Assembly (NCBI RefSeq): GCF_009914755.1
Contig: NC_060928.1
Length of the DNA stretch: 64,000 nucleotides
DNA from: the human T2T-CHM13v2.0 reference genome, Homo sapiens
Reading direction: 5' to 3' (one strand)
Shown here: piece by piece, positions 1 through 14,514 of the stretch
Position numbering within the stretch: position 1 is the stretch's first letter
Layout of the letters: every line of letters begins with the position of its first letter
Position numbers and translations under genes: made by a program
Notes under the pieces: model-generated
Database searches by the model: none
The model's input: the letters and a program-made list of their open reading frames with translations, nothing else
Told to the model about the DNA's origin: nothing

Positions 1-187
1 AGCTTGCCCACTTACTGGCTGTGCAACCTCAGGCAAGATACTTAACCTCTCTGCCTATGTTTCCACGGTAGTAACATGAAGATAATAATAGCATAGATCT
101 CATAGTGTTATCAAGTTGATGAAATGAGGTAGCATATGGAAAGGCCAAAGAAAAGAGTAAGCATCAATTAAAAATTAACAATTATTC
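1..187 (+). mobile_element. MIR SINE (core and 3' part)
   Basis: ccacttactggctgtgcaacctcaggcaagatacttaacctctctg matches the MIR core. Confidence 0.8.
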
Positions 188-1152
188 ATAGGCAGGGTGC
201 TGTGTAAGACTTCACTGCTTGATTTATTAATTGCGTATATGGAATAGTATGGATGGTGACAATTTATTAAGTTGTTCACCATATGATTCTGTAGTCTTTG
301 ATGGAGAGAAAAAATCCCTACCCATTTGACACTTCAAAGATATTTTATCAAAGGGAATATAACTTTGCCAATTAGAATTTAATTAATAGAGATTCATCAT
401 TCCTCATTTATAACTCATCTTTACCATCTTTTTGTCTCACGTTTACTGTGGTTCTCTCTTCTTGCCCAATGCAATGTGTGCCCAGTTCTTTTGATTAGCT
501 TGTAACTTCATCTCTCAGACCAGTCCTCTAAATTTTCAAAGTGGTTTGTCTTTAATCTTAATACCTGTGTTCTCTTGGTCTTGAGAATACTCCACTTGAA
601 GATTTGATAAGCCTTCTTGTACATTTCATGCCAATTACCTCCCTGGATGGATTTAGTGATAAAGAAATCAGAGATGCAACCTAATACTGACTCCTGCAGG
701 AATCATTACAATTTTGCATAATGTCATTTATCGGGACCCACTGCCAGTCTCCATTATGGGAAGAAGATTCACTTTGAAGCCTGTTTGAATCAATTTGTAA
801 AACTGCTTGAGATACTAACAGATGATTTACTGAAATTGAGATACAACTATTGCCTTTTTGGCAGCCATAAATGGTGTTTCTCTGTCAAAACAGCAATCAA
901 GTGAGTTTTACATGATTTGTTGTTAAGAAACTCACAGACTTCACGGCTTACATTTGTTTCCTCCTCTGGATGCTGGCAACTCCTTTCCCTGTCCCCTTAC
1001 TTTGAAGTGATTAAAGGGATTTCTGAGAATCAGTGATTGCCAGAGGCTTGTTGTGTTGTACTTTAGTCACTTTCATCTTGTCTTGCTCTAGGCATGTTTT
1101 CAATGTACATCTTTAATTCCACCCATGAATCAGAATTGTTAGTAGTCCCGGG

Positions 1153-1299
1153 ATTTTATTTGTTTGTTTATTTATTTATTAGGGACGAGGTCTCGATATG
1201 TTGTTGCCCAGGCTGATCTCAAAATCCTGGGCTCAACGAATTCTCCCACCTAAGCCTCCAGAGTAGCTGGGACGACAGGTTCAAGTCACCATGCCCCGC
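1153..1299 (-). mobile_element. FLAM-type Alu monomer
   Basis: T-rich tail followed by gttgcccaggctgatctcaaaatcctgggctcaa...gtagctggga; single arm. Confidence 0.8.
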
Positions 1300-2079
1300 A
1301 TGTTTTTATTCTTGTTTGTGTTCATGGATGATTTCTTGCTCCAATCAAGGGCTGTGACAGGAATCAAGTATCTTCAGGAGTACAGGGCCAGACCCATCCT
1401 TAAAACAGCTTTAAAATGCTCCTCAGACTGAAATTGTTACAACTCTAAAGATCAACTGACCATGATCAAAATAACACATTTAGGGCTGCGCAGAGTTTAC
1501 ATAGCACCAGTGGCTATTGTGCAACTGTATAAAATAAATGGGAATTTCTGTTATCTTCCCTAATCTGTCAGAAGGTGCTAAGAGGAAAACGTGACATAAG
1601 GTCCTCAACCTTTGTTTCCTTCTCCATGATCTCAGGCAGAATCACAGATGGTTTTGAGACCAAAACCCACACTTCATTTTTGCATAACTCCCATGATACC
1701 AATTCTTTTAACCCTTGGTTTCAAAACTCAGTGTCACACTGTCTGTCCTCATTTTTGCTAACTACTAAATTCCTAATCTATATTTCCATGACTTTCTCCT
1801 AGGCCAGCTTGCAAGCAGTGGTTGTGAGTTTTGCATGCATTTCTTCTTTTACTCTAAACAAAAAAGAAAACAATATCACATTTACAACTCTGGTACACTT
1901 CATAAAAATTTGAAAAAGAGATTTATCTTGTGAATATTACAATTGTAAAAGAAAATTCGGTTTTTCTGGACAATATGCAATCAAAAATCAAATAGCTGAC
2001 ATATAACATCTATTGAAAATAACTTGGTGGTTAGGTACTTCTCTAAGATTACAAACACACACCTGAACACACGCACATT

Positions 2080-2227
2080 CGTTCAGACCTCACAAAATTC
2101 TTTACGATTATCTCTATTTCACAGAATGTGGAAAGTGTTGAATAGGGTAATTAAATAGCTTCCAAAAGTTAAGCAGCTAAATAAATGGCAAAGTCAGGTT
2201 TGGACCAGGTGGTCTGGTTCCAAAACT
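2080..2227 (-). mobile_element. MIR fragment
   Basis: ctatttcacagaatgtggaaa...ttaaatagcttccaaaagttaagcagcta resembles the antisense MIR core. Confidence 0.55.
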
Positions 2228-2958
2228 AATTCAACAGTACATATGCACAGGGCAGGATACAAAGATGAATACTATTTATTTAATCTTTTTTATTTAAAAC
2301 ACTCTACCTCTATGAAACCTAATAACTATCTTATATTAAATTCTCAGTTCAATGAAGTAGATTGGAATCACAGGTCCCAGTCACCCAGTATCTCATCTTT
2401 TGAATAGCAGGCACGGTTAACCAGATCCCTAGTAAAATGTCACCAACCCTCTGAGAGTACAGGCCTGCACAGTCCAGTCCATATAAAGTAACCTGGTAAT
2501 GAAGATTGTTTCAGAGTTACTAAGGAATGGACACAAAATACCTGCCTGCTCTTTATTGCTATAATAATAAATATTGCTATAATAATAAATAAAAAAGTGT
2601 TTTTTTTCCATCACATAGTTAGGTTTCTCCCCAAGGGGATGTTATTGTTAATTTCTAAATCAGTCAGAGCTTTGGCCTAATCTTAGGCTGCTTTTTGTGA
2701 TCACTCCAGCTGCCAATCTTCAGATCACTGACTACTCAGTGTGCAAAAAATCTGGAAAGTGAAAGGCTCATTTCCTCATGAAGCAAAACTAATATTTATG
2801 GAACAACAAGGGCTTACTATGTACAAGATACTATTTTAAATGTATTAACTGTATTATATTATTTAATTCTCACATCAATCCTATGTGATGGGTACAATTA
2901 TTTTACTCATTTCTCATATGAGGATATCAAAGCAAAGAAGTTAAAAAACTTGTTGATA

Positions 2959-3700
<742 letters not shown>

Positions 3701-4239
3701 CTTGTCCAAAGTCACCAGTAGAAAGTGAGAAACATAGCTGTTTTAGAGAAAAAATAATATATGAAATTGGTTGAACCATGAAGACAGATAACCACCAGGA
3801 AATGATGAAAGACAGAAAGGAATAATTTTAAAGTCAAAAGAGGCAACTTCCTTTGTTCATGGGTTCCAGCGAAGTTAAAAATGGAGATATGCTAAAACAG
3901 TAGTTACAATTTTTTGTTGTTGTTATTAAATTAAAACCCAATTACCCATGTGTTCTGACAAGGTTATCCTGTTGCTACTTCAAGTATGGTTACAAATGTT
4001 ATATTTACTGTAAATATATTTCTACTGCAGTTTATATTCACCAACTTACAGTACACCATATACAAACCATGTGTTTAAAGTTGTAAGATGAATACTTCCA
4101 TTAATTCCTCTACCTCTGAGACTATATGCATACACTCTTTTAGAGATAATTTCCACAGTGTAAGGGCAGGGCTCTTCATAAATAAAGGCAAGGCCTGGAA
4201 AAGTGGCCCTTCTGGAATTCCAGTCATTGGTCCTTTCAC

Positions 4240-4404
4240 CTAGCACTCAGGTGCTTTATAAAGTCATTTGGTGTTCACAACAACCCATTCATTTCATGGG
4301 ATGAAACAAATGTGACTCAGAGATGTTAATTAACCTAAGGACTATCACCTTGTAAAAAGTGACATTGATGAGATCAAAACCTAAATCTGTCTAGTTCCAA
4401 AGCC
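4240..4404 (-). mobile_element. MIR fragment
   Basis: tcacaacaaccc...gactcagagatgttaattaacctaagg...ctgtctagttccaaagcc. Confidence 0.6.
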
Positions 4405-4691
4405 AGACAGCTGCCTTGTCAGCAAAATAATAGGAAGAGAAAAAGCAAAAGAAAAGGAAGAGAAGGAGAATGGCTGGTGATAGAAACATTTTTGTCCATT
4501 ACTTTGCTTCATCCTTCTAAATATCTTCCCATAGGTTATTCTCATTATGCAAAAACAATCTTCTGTGCCACAGCTTTTTACTACATGCTTCCACTCCCAA
4601 AGAGCCTACTAATTCCTCCAGCCTTGCAGTAATGGACTTCGGAAGATGGCTTCACTTTACTCCCCTCACCCACATCCTGACTAGTCTCAGG

Positions 4692-4807
4692 TAGGGTTGC
4701 CAGATAAAATACAAAATGTCCACACAATATTGTGACATTCTTATACTACAGATCATTCCAATTTGACTGGGCATTTGTATTTTTATTTGCTAAACCTGGC
4801 AACCCTA
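4692..4807 (-). mobile_element. MER53-like hAT MITE, internally deleted
   Basis: Terminal inverted repeats TAGGGTTGCCAG / CTGGCAACCCTA with MER53-type subterminal sequence. Confidence 0.8.
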
Positions 4808-4987
4808 TTCCGAGGAGACATTAACCAAATCAAACTGCACACATTCTGTTATTCATGCTTTTCCTCTTCAGTACCCTAAACAGGTTTTCTTCCTTTTTTT
4901 CTTTTTCTTAGGCTTCATCTCCATATTCAAGCATAGATATTTATAGAGCCCAATTTTTTATCTTCTTGTAATTCTGGAATTGGACTG

Positions 4988-5655
4988 TGTTGAGGCTCAG
5001 GCAATGATACCCCAAAGTATGGTGCTTTGCCATGCTGAGTACTTTGAACTAGAGGACATTGGAAGGTCTCAGAGGAGACCTCAGAGGAGGCTTCAGAATC
5101 AAGGTTGCTCTAACATTCTCCTGCCCTCCTGCCTTTCATCCTTTATTCTCTATCGAAGCAGGGCATTGCAATTAGAATTCTTCTTCCCCAAGGTGGTTCA
5201 TGGAAACTAGAGGCTCTTTTCCCCAAAGTCAGACAAAAATCCAGAATGATTACCTAAATATCCTCCTCTCCCAATGATTTGCTATGTAGGAACTGGTCAT
5301 AAAGAAATTCTCTGACATATGTTGTCTGATACTAGGTCATAACCCTCATTCCAAAGGGGTCCTGTTCCATACCCAGGAGGAAAAGATGCTACACAGAGAG
5401 ACCAGGAAGTATCTAAACAGGCATTCCTTGCTTGGTTTCCTCACCTCAGTCTACCAGCATCAATTCATACCCTTTGTGTTCAATCATCAGTAATTTTCCC
5501 TGTAGTTGTGGGGGGGGGGGTCTTCATTTTGAAGGCTCCCATGATTAAATGAATTTGTTCTGCTTTTCTCTTGTTAATCTGTCTTTTAACATTTGAGTGT
5601 TGGCTGAAGCCTTTATGATGGGTAAGGAAAGACATCGTACCCTTTTGCCACTACA
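4988..5655 (+). mobile_element. ERV1 solo LTR, MER39/MER39B-like
   Basis: TG...CA ends; gataccccaaagtatggtgcttt...catgctgagtactttgaact 5' signature; 4-bp TSD ACTG (4984-4987, 5656-5659). Confidence 0.8.
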
Positions 5656-8100
5656 ACTGCACAACACATTTTTAAGCACATACTTTATTTCAGTTTGTTT
5701 AAAGAGTAAAGTAAACATACTCAACCATTCTCTCTTTCCTCTAGCAATTCTCTAACATGAGGGAAAAACAAGTACAAACTTTTGGATTTGTGACTTTCAA
5801 AGTCTATAAAACACATCCAGAAAGAAGCATTACAGGTGGGATAATGAAAATAGCAAATAGTAAAGACAGCTTTCTTTTGGGGTAAGAGAGGGAATAGGGA
5901 GACAGGGAATGAATCTAATAGTCCTCAGCATGTTTTAAAATATATAAAATATTAGCCAGAGCACTAAGACTGATAAAAAAAGCAGAAAACACCATACTCA
6001 AAAGAGACTAAAATTGGCAGCTATCAAAATGCACATATCTATTATGTTTGTAAACCTCAGAAAATAATCTGACAGCTAGCAATCTGTCTACTCTTATATT
6101 TAGCTAGCAAATATACACAGTGCCTGTGTTAACATACATGTAGATTCTTTTATGTGTTTTTGCTTTTATAGTAAGCATTAATGGTGTATAAATTTTTTCT
6201 TTAATTTTATTTGCAGGGAAAAAATTTAAGCTATAAGTAGAAAGATAATATTTTTTAATATTTTTCTCATAATCCAAGAAAGTGATAAAGGAGACTATCA
6301 AGAAAATGAGATTAAAAGTGTAGTCTAATCAGTGTTAAAATGTTAATATTCCAATAACCATATGCCAGCAGTAAATTTAACATAATTAGCATTTTTTTCC
6401 TATCAAGCAATAAATCAAGTAGAAGACTGATTGCAGAAAAAGCAGCTAACTCTTATGAAACATTCTAACATTCGTTTTCTAAAACTAAGATTCCTCCAGA
6501 CAGATCAGAAAAACTTGAAACAATTTGAATAGAGATTCAGAACAAAATATACCACCTGTATAATACTCTCAATTTTTTTATAAGTTTCTGATACTTTAGT
6601 TTTTCATAGTTTCTTTAAATAGTGATAGTAAACAATAAAACAAACAAGCAAGAAACAATCTTCTATTAGTTAGCAGTGGTATTAGAAAAAATAATATAAT
6701 GTCTGACCCCCAAAATTACTGAGCTAGAGTTATAACAGATTCCAATATGTAAAGATGTCTGAACAATGTATTTATTTCTGTTACATGGGAAATCCTTCTA
6801 ATCTATCCTAACATTCCATTAGTTCAAAGTATCTAGAAATCTAACCCCAACTTTTGCAAGAAGCTTCAAAATAAGCCAACCTCAAATGCTTTTAATTCCT
6901 GCCAAATGACTATCTCCTAGTTTAAAATGAATTGAAGTCATTAGGTTTGAACTCTAACTCTCCAATCAATTAAACCTATCTATATTTTAGCCCGTATTTC
7001 TCTCTACCTCTGAGCATGAGGTATTTTTCTTCTTGTTTCCTATTAGTCCTTTTATGTACGGTTTTTAACCCACTGTTTTCCATCTCTTCAAGGAATATGC
7101 TCCATTGCTCATACCTAATTTCTCCTAAATTTTTACCTACAAATATCCTCTTTCAAGATAAAGGAAAGGAAGTAGACTTCTTTCGGAGGAAGTAGGTTTA
7201 ATTTTCTCCTATTCTGAAAATTAAAAACTTTTCTTTGGCTCGGATTCACTTTCTAGCCACTGTTTTTCTCTTTCTCAATTTTCCTTTATAAGCTTCCTTA
7301 AAGAGCCATCAATCCTTGATGCCTTTAATTCTTCACGTCACATTCATTCTCAATCACATGACTTATTTCATTCCCCCATTTCTACCTTCACGCCTTACCT
7401 GAAAATACTCTTACTAAAATCAACTATGAAGACTGCTGCCAAATCCAGTAGTTATTCCTAATCCTTTTCATCTTTCCCTGTGACCTTTGAGATGTAGAGC
7501 ACATATCTGGTCTTCCTGAAATCTTCTGCTCTATGTTCTTCTCTTCTTTGCTATTCCATTCTGCCCATAACTGGATCTTCTTGCTCTGCCTGCCCTTAAA
7601 TAACGATGTTCCACAGGATTGTGTCACATTGTTTTGTTTTGTTTTAACTAAACAACTCCCATTATTTGTAGTATTATTTGTAGAGTTATCATTTCCAATT
7701 TATATCCATAGTCCAGACATCTTACAGAAATTCCAAAATAGGACATTACACCTGCCAGCTGGTCATTGTCACCACCTAAGCGGATCACACATTACTGAAA
7801 TCAAGCAGTTCAAAATGTACCATGCTATGCCTCTTCCAATACTTCTGCCTAGCACCTCCCTAAATCTGCTTTTTATTTCTGTATTCCTTATCTCTGTTTA
7901 TGGTACCAATTGTTCCAAAAGGGAAAAAAAAGCATCTTAGAACCATTTTTGGTGATCCACATTTTCCCCATGCAATTAATCACTCCTAATAGTTCCAGCT
8001 TTGAATTATTTCCTAATTATTTTTCTTCTCCACTATCAACACTGTTTTTGCCACTGTTCATTCACCCCCCTAAAACCTCTTTACGGGCTATTACAATTAG

Positions 8101-8131
8101 TGTGTGTATGTGTGTGTGTGCGTGTGTGTGT
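8101..8131. repeat. (TG)n microsatellite
   Basis: Imperfect TG run at the L1MB tail. Confidence 0.9.
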
Positions 8132-8678
8132 GGAACATTTAACATGAGATCTACCCTGTTAACAATTTTTTAAGTGCACAGTACAGTATTAACTGTAGGC
8201 ACAATGTCAATAAGCATATCTCTAGACTTTATTTATTTTGTATAACTGAAACAGTGTACCCATTGAACAGCAACTTTTTACCTATTCTTCCAGCTCTTGG
8301 CAATCACCATTGTACCCTCTGTTTCTGTGGATTTGACTATTTTAGGTATCTCATATAAGTGGAATCATGTACTATCAGTTCTTCTGTGATAGGCTTACTT
8401 CACTTAGAATGAACTTGTCCTCCAAGTTCATTCATGTTGTCACATATGGTAGGATTTCCTTCATTTTTAAGGCATATATATATAGGCATATATATCTCAC
8501 ATTTTCATCCATTCATCGATCAACGGATGTTTAGGTTGTTTCCTTGGCTTTGTGAATAATGCTGCAATGAATATGACAGTTCCTCAAAAAATTAAAAATA
8601 GAACTACTATATGATCCAACAATCTCATTTCTGGCTATATATCCAAAAGAATTGAAATTAGAATCTTGCAGAGATACA
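8101..8678 (-). mobile_element. L1MB1/2-like 3' end with inverted 5' segment (8576-8678 on +)
   Basis: aacatgagatctaccctgttaacaattttttaagtg 3'-UTR signature, then a strand switch to gttcctcaaaaaattaaaaatagaactac. Confidence 0.8.
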
Positions 8679-8904
8679 ATAGTTCTTTTACTGTTTGTTT
8701 TCCTGCCTCTGGTCTTGCCCTGTTCAAATCTATGTTCCTTTGTGCTTTCAGCATGACTTTTTTAACACTTACATGACAATAATTTTCATATGCTCTTTCT
8801 TTTCATTAATATTTCCCACCTGAACGAGTGTAAGCTTTTTAGTATGACATGAAACAATTCAATGATATCTAACATTACTAGAGTGATTAAATAAAATTAT
8901 TATT

Positions 8905-8995
8905 TAGGAAATACCCATACTAAAATTATGTTTATAATTTACCTGAAATTTAAACTTAATCAGAAATCCTGTATTTTTTTTTTCTGGCAATCCCA
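8905..8995 (+). mobile_element. MER53-like half element
   Basis: atactaaaa...ctgaaatttaaacttaa...tcctgtattttt...tctggcaatccc. Confidence 0.6.
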
Positions 8996-9244
8996 ACAAC
9001 AGGAGACTTGCTTATCCTCTAGGTTCATCTCTTCCTGTGCTTCACCCATAATTCTACTCCCAAACTCTAAACATTATTATCTAACCTCCATCCTGCCCTA
9101 CCCAACCAAAAAAAAAAAGAAAGAAAGAAAGAAAAACTTACTGGCCTACTTTACTCTTCTTTCTAGTCTCTTAAAATATTAACCTTTCTGCCTGCAACAT
9201 TTTCTCCCTGTCTGGGGTGCCTCTTCTCCATAATAACTGTGCCT

Positions 9245-9621
9245 GTGGTTGCACAAGCATGAATCAATATCTCATTTCTCAAATGGACTTGCAGTTAGGT
9301 GTGGCCATAAGACCAAATTATCTCCAGTGAAATGGAAGCAAATGTTATCTGTGCCATAATCTAATCCTGTTTCAAAAAGCCTCCAAACAGTGCCCCTCAA
9401 TGTTCTTTGGGATGATGACACTGAGAGAGACCTTGAATGCACATATAAATGATGACCAAGTTGCCATCAGCCTGGGTTCTTGAAAAACAACCTGGAGCAG
9501 ATTCCCTCCTCCCCTCTGGAGAACCTGCCTCAAACTGTTTAGTGAGAAATAACAAAAACAAAAACTCTCTTGTGCCGGAACCATTGCATTCAGGGTCTAA
9601 TTAGCCTATCTTCCTAATTCA
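9245..9621 (+). mobile_element. Old MaLR LTR (MLT1I/J-like)
   Basis: ttgcagttaggtgtggcca...gcctgggttcttga...tggagcaga...gtgagaaataa motifs. Confidence 0.55.
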
Positions 9622-10088
9622 CTATCCTCTCTCATTTTCTGGTCTCAGCTAAATAAATATTACCTATTATGGAAATGTTAACTATGAAAATATCACCTAC
9701 TATGCCTCCCAAATACTAGATTACAGAAGGAGGTAACAGTAAACGAAGAAGGTTTAATGATCCTGAGGATTATGAGCTGCAGTGAGAAAACTAGGACTTT
9801 CATTAAATTTTATTTGGGGCATGAATTATAAAGTAAGAAACGAAATCCTCATTATTTCTTATGAACAAAGAAATATAGGTTAATGAATTTTTTCTCATGA
9901 TTAAATATATGTTTTCCTGACTTTCACATTTCAAAGAAATTGGAGGTTAACAAGTTATTATTAACAAGGCCTTTGAATAAAATCACTCAAAAAATCAATT
10001 TCCTTTACAAGTCATTACATTCTAATGCATATTTTTAAAATTATAAAATATTTTAATTTTTAGGAAAAGTACATATTGTACTCTATAC

Positions 10089-10306
10089 CAAGCATTGGCA
10101 TTTTTTCCTGTAAAGAGTGAAATAATAAATAATTTAGAATTTTCAGGCCATAAGGTCTCAGTCACAATTATTGAATTCTGCCATTAAAATGTAAAAGCAG
10201 TCATAGATGACAAATAAATAAGCATGGTTTCGTTTCAATAAAATTTTATTTACACAAACAGGTGGCAAGGAAGATTGGGTTCACAGATCATACTTTGTAA
10301 ATCATG
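10089..10306 (-). mobile_element. MER58A hAT-Charlie MITE
   Basis: ttttcctgtaaag...aaagcagtcataga...tcaataaaattttatttacacaaacaggtggc. Confidence 0.8.
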
Positions 10307-10384
10307 TAATCTCTATCCAACTATGTACAGTACCTGTATAAACACCACAGAAATTATAAATAAATTATTAGTATTTTGTCATAT

Positions 10385-10481
10385 TCTCTCCTTCCATGTC
10401 TCCTTCTCCCTTTCCTTCTCTCTCTTTCCTTCCCTTCCTGCCCCCTTCCCCTCCTCTTTCCTTCCCTTCTTTTCTTTCTCT
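10385..10481. repeat. CT-rich low-complexity tract
   Basis: About 95 nt of near-pure pyrimidines. Confidence 0.85.
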
Positions 10482-11024
10482 ACTAGTATATTACAGATAC
10501 AGCAAAAGTCACTCTTCCTATCCTATCCTTAGATCTTTTTCCCTTTCATTCCCTCCAGAAGTAACCACTATTCTGAAATTGGTGTCTATCATTCCCTTAC
10601 ATGTACCTGTATCTATAAATGATGTGAAGTAACATTTTTGGTTTTAAAATTACACAAATGGTGTCGATTTTGTAGACATCTTTTGCAGTCAGGTTTATCA
10701 CTCAACATCATTTGTGCTTTTTAAAAAAATTCTAACAGCATGGCTCTGGACATCTTTGTATACTTGTGAAAATGCACATGTGTAAGATTATACATGTTCA
10801 TGGGTGAGTTTTTTTAGGCTCTTAGAAGTGAATATTTATAGTATGTGTATCTCCAATTTTACTGTTGCCAAATTGCTTTTCAAATCGAATGTTATGTTTT
10901 CACCAGAAATATACTAGTTTCTGTGTCCTCATATCTTGCCATATATGGTGTTATCTGAGTTAGTGATTTTTTCCAATTTGATGAGAGTCTAATGAAATCC
11001 CATTGTTGTTTTAATACTAATTGC

Positions 11025-11255
11025 TTAGGTTTAGGGAGTGTTTACTATGTTAAGCATGGTTCTAAACAGCTAATATATTCTAAAGCTTACTTAATCATGT
11101 AGGAAAGTATTATTTTTGTCTCCACTTTACAGGTGAAAGAGCAGACCCAAAGATGTAAAATCACTTTCCCAGGTTCAGGTCACTCAGGTAGTCAGAGATA
11201 GAACCAGAATCTGCACCCACGGGGTCTGATTCTGAAGTCCATGTTGTTTACGCAT
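11025..11255 (-). mobile_element. MIR inserted into L1ME
   Basis: gagtgtttactatgt...ctccactttacaggtgaaaga...tctgattctgaagtcc. Confidence 0.7.
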
Positions 11256-12513
11256 GAAACTTACAATTCTCTCTCTAGGTTTGACTTGGCTTTACCCTGT
11301 GAGTAAAGTTGATGATCATTTTATATATTATTAAACAGATTTTTCTCTTTTGTGAATTTTCTGGATGTACCCTTGGCTCATAAAGTCATTGTCCCATTGT
11401 TATTTAATTGTGCTTTTTGTTCTTATTCATTTGCAGAGGTTTCTTTATGTATTCTGAGAAGTAAATAGTATTTAATTTATATAGGGTGCAAACATTTCCT
11501 CCAATTCAAAACTTGGCTTTTCATTTACTTAGTGTGTCTTGAGTCATTTTGAGTTTTGTCTTTAATTTCATGTACGCAAATGTAACATTCTTCATTCTTT
11601 TCCTTCATGGCTGCGTTTTTAAATAGTTATTTAAGAAATTATTTTACATTTCAAGATCATGAAGATATTCGTGATTTCTTCTTTACATTTATTTCAGTTT
11701 TCCATATGGATAGCCAATTTTACCAGCATTATTTATGGAAAAGTCTGTCCTTTGCTCCACTGTATTATAATGCCACTTGCAACACTTACTAGTCTTCCTA
11801 CAGAGAGTTATTTTGGGGCTCTTTTTTCATTTCCACTGAGATATTTATGTCTTCACAGATATCAAAATATTTTAATTGTCACACCTTTTAGTAAGTCTTA
11901 CCAGTTAGTAAGGTGAATTTTCTCTTATATTCATAAAAATTCAGGACTTGTCTATTTTTGTCCCTTCAGCTTCTCATGTAACTTTCAGGATCTATTTGAC
12001 AAATTCAAACAAACAGAAACCAACTGGTAGATTCGAAATAATTTGAATATATAAACATATGAAGAACTGACATCTTTATTTAATTGAGTCTTTATAAACA
12101 TAAGCATTGTAAATCTCTCAACTTATTTGTGTCTTTTCATGTCTTTCTTTGAAATTTTATATTTTTTCCATGAAATGTCTATATAACTTTTATTACATTT
12201 ATTCACAGGTACCTTCTTTTTTGTTATTATAAATAATATTTGTCTTAAAGTTACATTTTCTAATTATGTATTGCTGGCATTTGTGAAAGCTACAAATTTT
12301 TATGTTAATAGGGTTCCTTATTTTGTTCTTCCTTTAAAATAGAATGTCTCTAACATTTCTCCATTAAGAATTATGCATCTTATAGGTCTTGGAAGGTAAC
12401 CTTTATTGAGTTAAGGAGAGACTTTTCTATTCCCAGTTTACTAACAGGATTGAAAAAAAAATCATGATTAGGCATAGAACTTTTGATATGCTTTTTTTTC
12501 TGTTCCTGTGTTA

Positions 12514-13234
12514 ATTTTTTTAATTATTATTTCAATAGGTTTTGGGGGAAAAGGTGGTTTTTACTTACATGAATAAGTTCTTTAGTGGTGACTTCTGAGA
12601 TTCTGGTGTACCCGTCACCCAAGCAGTGTACACTATACCTAATGTGTAGTCTTTTATCCTTCACCCTCACTCACCCTTTCCTCCAATCCCAAAGTCCACT
12701 GTATGATTCTTATGCCTTTACATCCTTATAGCTTAGCTCCTACCTGTAAGTAAGAACATACAATGTTTGGATTTCCATTCCTGAGTTACGTCACTTAGAA
12801 TAATGCTCTCCAATTTTACCCAGGTTGCTGTGAATGCCATTACTTCATTCCTTTTTATGGCTGAGTGGTATTCCATTGTATCCATTGTATGCATATATCA
12901 CAATTTATTTATCTACTCATTGATTGATGGGCTAGTTCCATATTTTTTGCAATCACAAATTGTGCTGCTATAAACGTGTGTGCAAGTATATTTTTTCATA
13001 TAATGACTTCTTTTCCTGTGGGTAGATACCCAGTAGTGGGATTGCTGGATCAAACGGTAATTCTACTTTTAGTTCTTTAAGGAATCTCCACATTGTTTTC
13101 CATAGTAGTTGTACTAGTTTACATTCCCACCATCAATGTAGAAGTGTTCCCTTTTCACTATATCCAGGCCAACATCTGTTATTTTTTTATTTTTTGATTA
13201 TGGGCATTGTTGCAGTAGTAAAATGGTATCGCAT
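12514..13234 (-). mobile_element. L1PB1-like 3' fragment
   Basis: ttcaataggttttggggga...catgaataagttctttagtggtga L1PB 3'-UTR. Confidence 0.85.
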
Positions 13235-14043
13235 CAAAAGCTTTTTTGTATGTGTTGAGAGGTTATTTCCTCTTTATTTTTTACTGTAAAAATTTTAGTA
13301 AATGACTTTTCTAATATTAAACTATTCTTTCTTTCCTGAAATAAATTCTGCCTTGCCCTAGTGTAATTTTTAATTACACTCTTGGATTGATGTTGCTAAT
13401 ATTTTATTGAATATTTTACATCTACAATCACACATAAATGTCTTATGCTTTTCTTTTTACAAAAGGTACTTTAAAATTCACTGAATTATATATCAGTCTC
13501 ACAAACTGAAAAGAGGCACTTCCTTACTTTTTGCAACAGCTCGAATAATATATGGAGTGACAGTTTGAAGGTTCATCATAACTTAAAAACCTCCTTGGCC
13601 TAATGTTTAGATTTGTTTTTGAGGGTAGCCTTTAATGTATTGATTCCATTCACTGAATGGCTGAAAATTATTCAATTTTTTTTCCTGAAGGAGATTATCA
13701 AAGTTCCATACATATTGTAACTAAGTTATTCATTATGTGTTTTGTTTATTTTTAATATCCCCATATTTTAAAATATAAGTTTTCTCCTTTTTTCTTGTTC
13801 AACTTCACTAGAGGTTTACCGTTCATTAGTCTTTCCATAAAATCAGTTTTAGTTTTGTTGCTCTCCTTATTTCTTGTTTAATAAATTTTATGAGTCATGC
13901 CATCTGGGCCTGGGGCCATGTTCATGAGACAGTTTTTTTTTCTTTTTAATCACAAATTCAAGTTTTTAGTAGATATTGGCTATTCAGATTTATAATTTTT
14001 ATTTGCCCACTTTTAATAAATTACAATTTTGAAAGCATTTGTC

Positions 14044-14514
14044 TCTGGTGGATTAAAAATGGCCACAGATTCTTGTGGCTATCTCACTGATGGTGGAGTT
14101 TGTGTCCTCTTCTTTATATCTGGGCTGGTTTTGCAAAATGGAATCCAATAGAACATTGCAGGAATGACACCATGCCAGTTCTAGCCCTAGCCTTTAAGAG
14201 GGCTTACTTTCCGTCTCTTATATTCTTGCTCTTGGAATCCAGATACCATATAAAGAAGCCACCTTCATGGCAAGCACAAATGGATATAGAGAGATCCCAG
14301 TCTTTCTATACTGGTCCTTTCCAACTCTCCAAATGTCCATGTGGCTTTTTTAGTCCTAGCTGTCCTCTGATCGCAGACATATGAAAGATCCCAAGTGAGA
14401 CCAGCAGAATAACTATTTGGTCAAACTGGAGGTTCCATGAGATAATAAATAATATTTTTTATTTTGTCAGTAAGTTTTAGAATTTTTGTTACATAGCAAT
14501 AAGTAGCTAAAACA
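14044..14514 (+). mobile_element. MLT1H/G-like MaLR LTR
   Basis: ggtggattaaaaatggccaca start; ttgttacatagcaataagtagctaaaaca end. Confidence 0.75.

Larger units (their letters stand above)
7230..9240 (+). mobile_element. Degenerate L2 LINE, interrupted by L1MB and MER53 pieces
   Basis: Pyrimidine-rich L2 motifs (gccaaatccagt, cttcctgaaa, tcctgcctctggtcttgccc). Confidence 0.6.
10310..14040 (-). mobile_element. Ancient L1ME-type LINE (3' end and ORF2), fragmented
   Basis: ccctccagaagtaaccactattctga 3' motif; T-rich antisense ORF2 remnants such as ttttctattcccagtttact. Confidence 0.65.

Noticed and set aside
2554-2591. 18-bp duplication (similar micro-duplications near 19670, 20865 and 21615)
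   Set aside because: Ordinary slippage events in AT-rich DNA.
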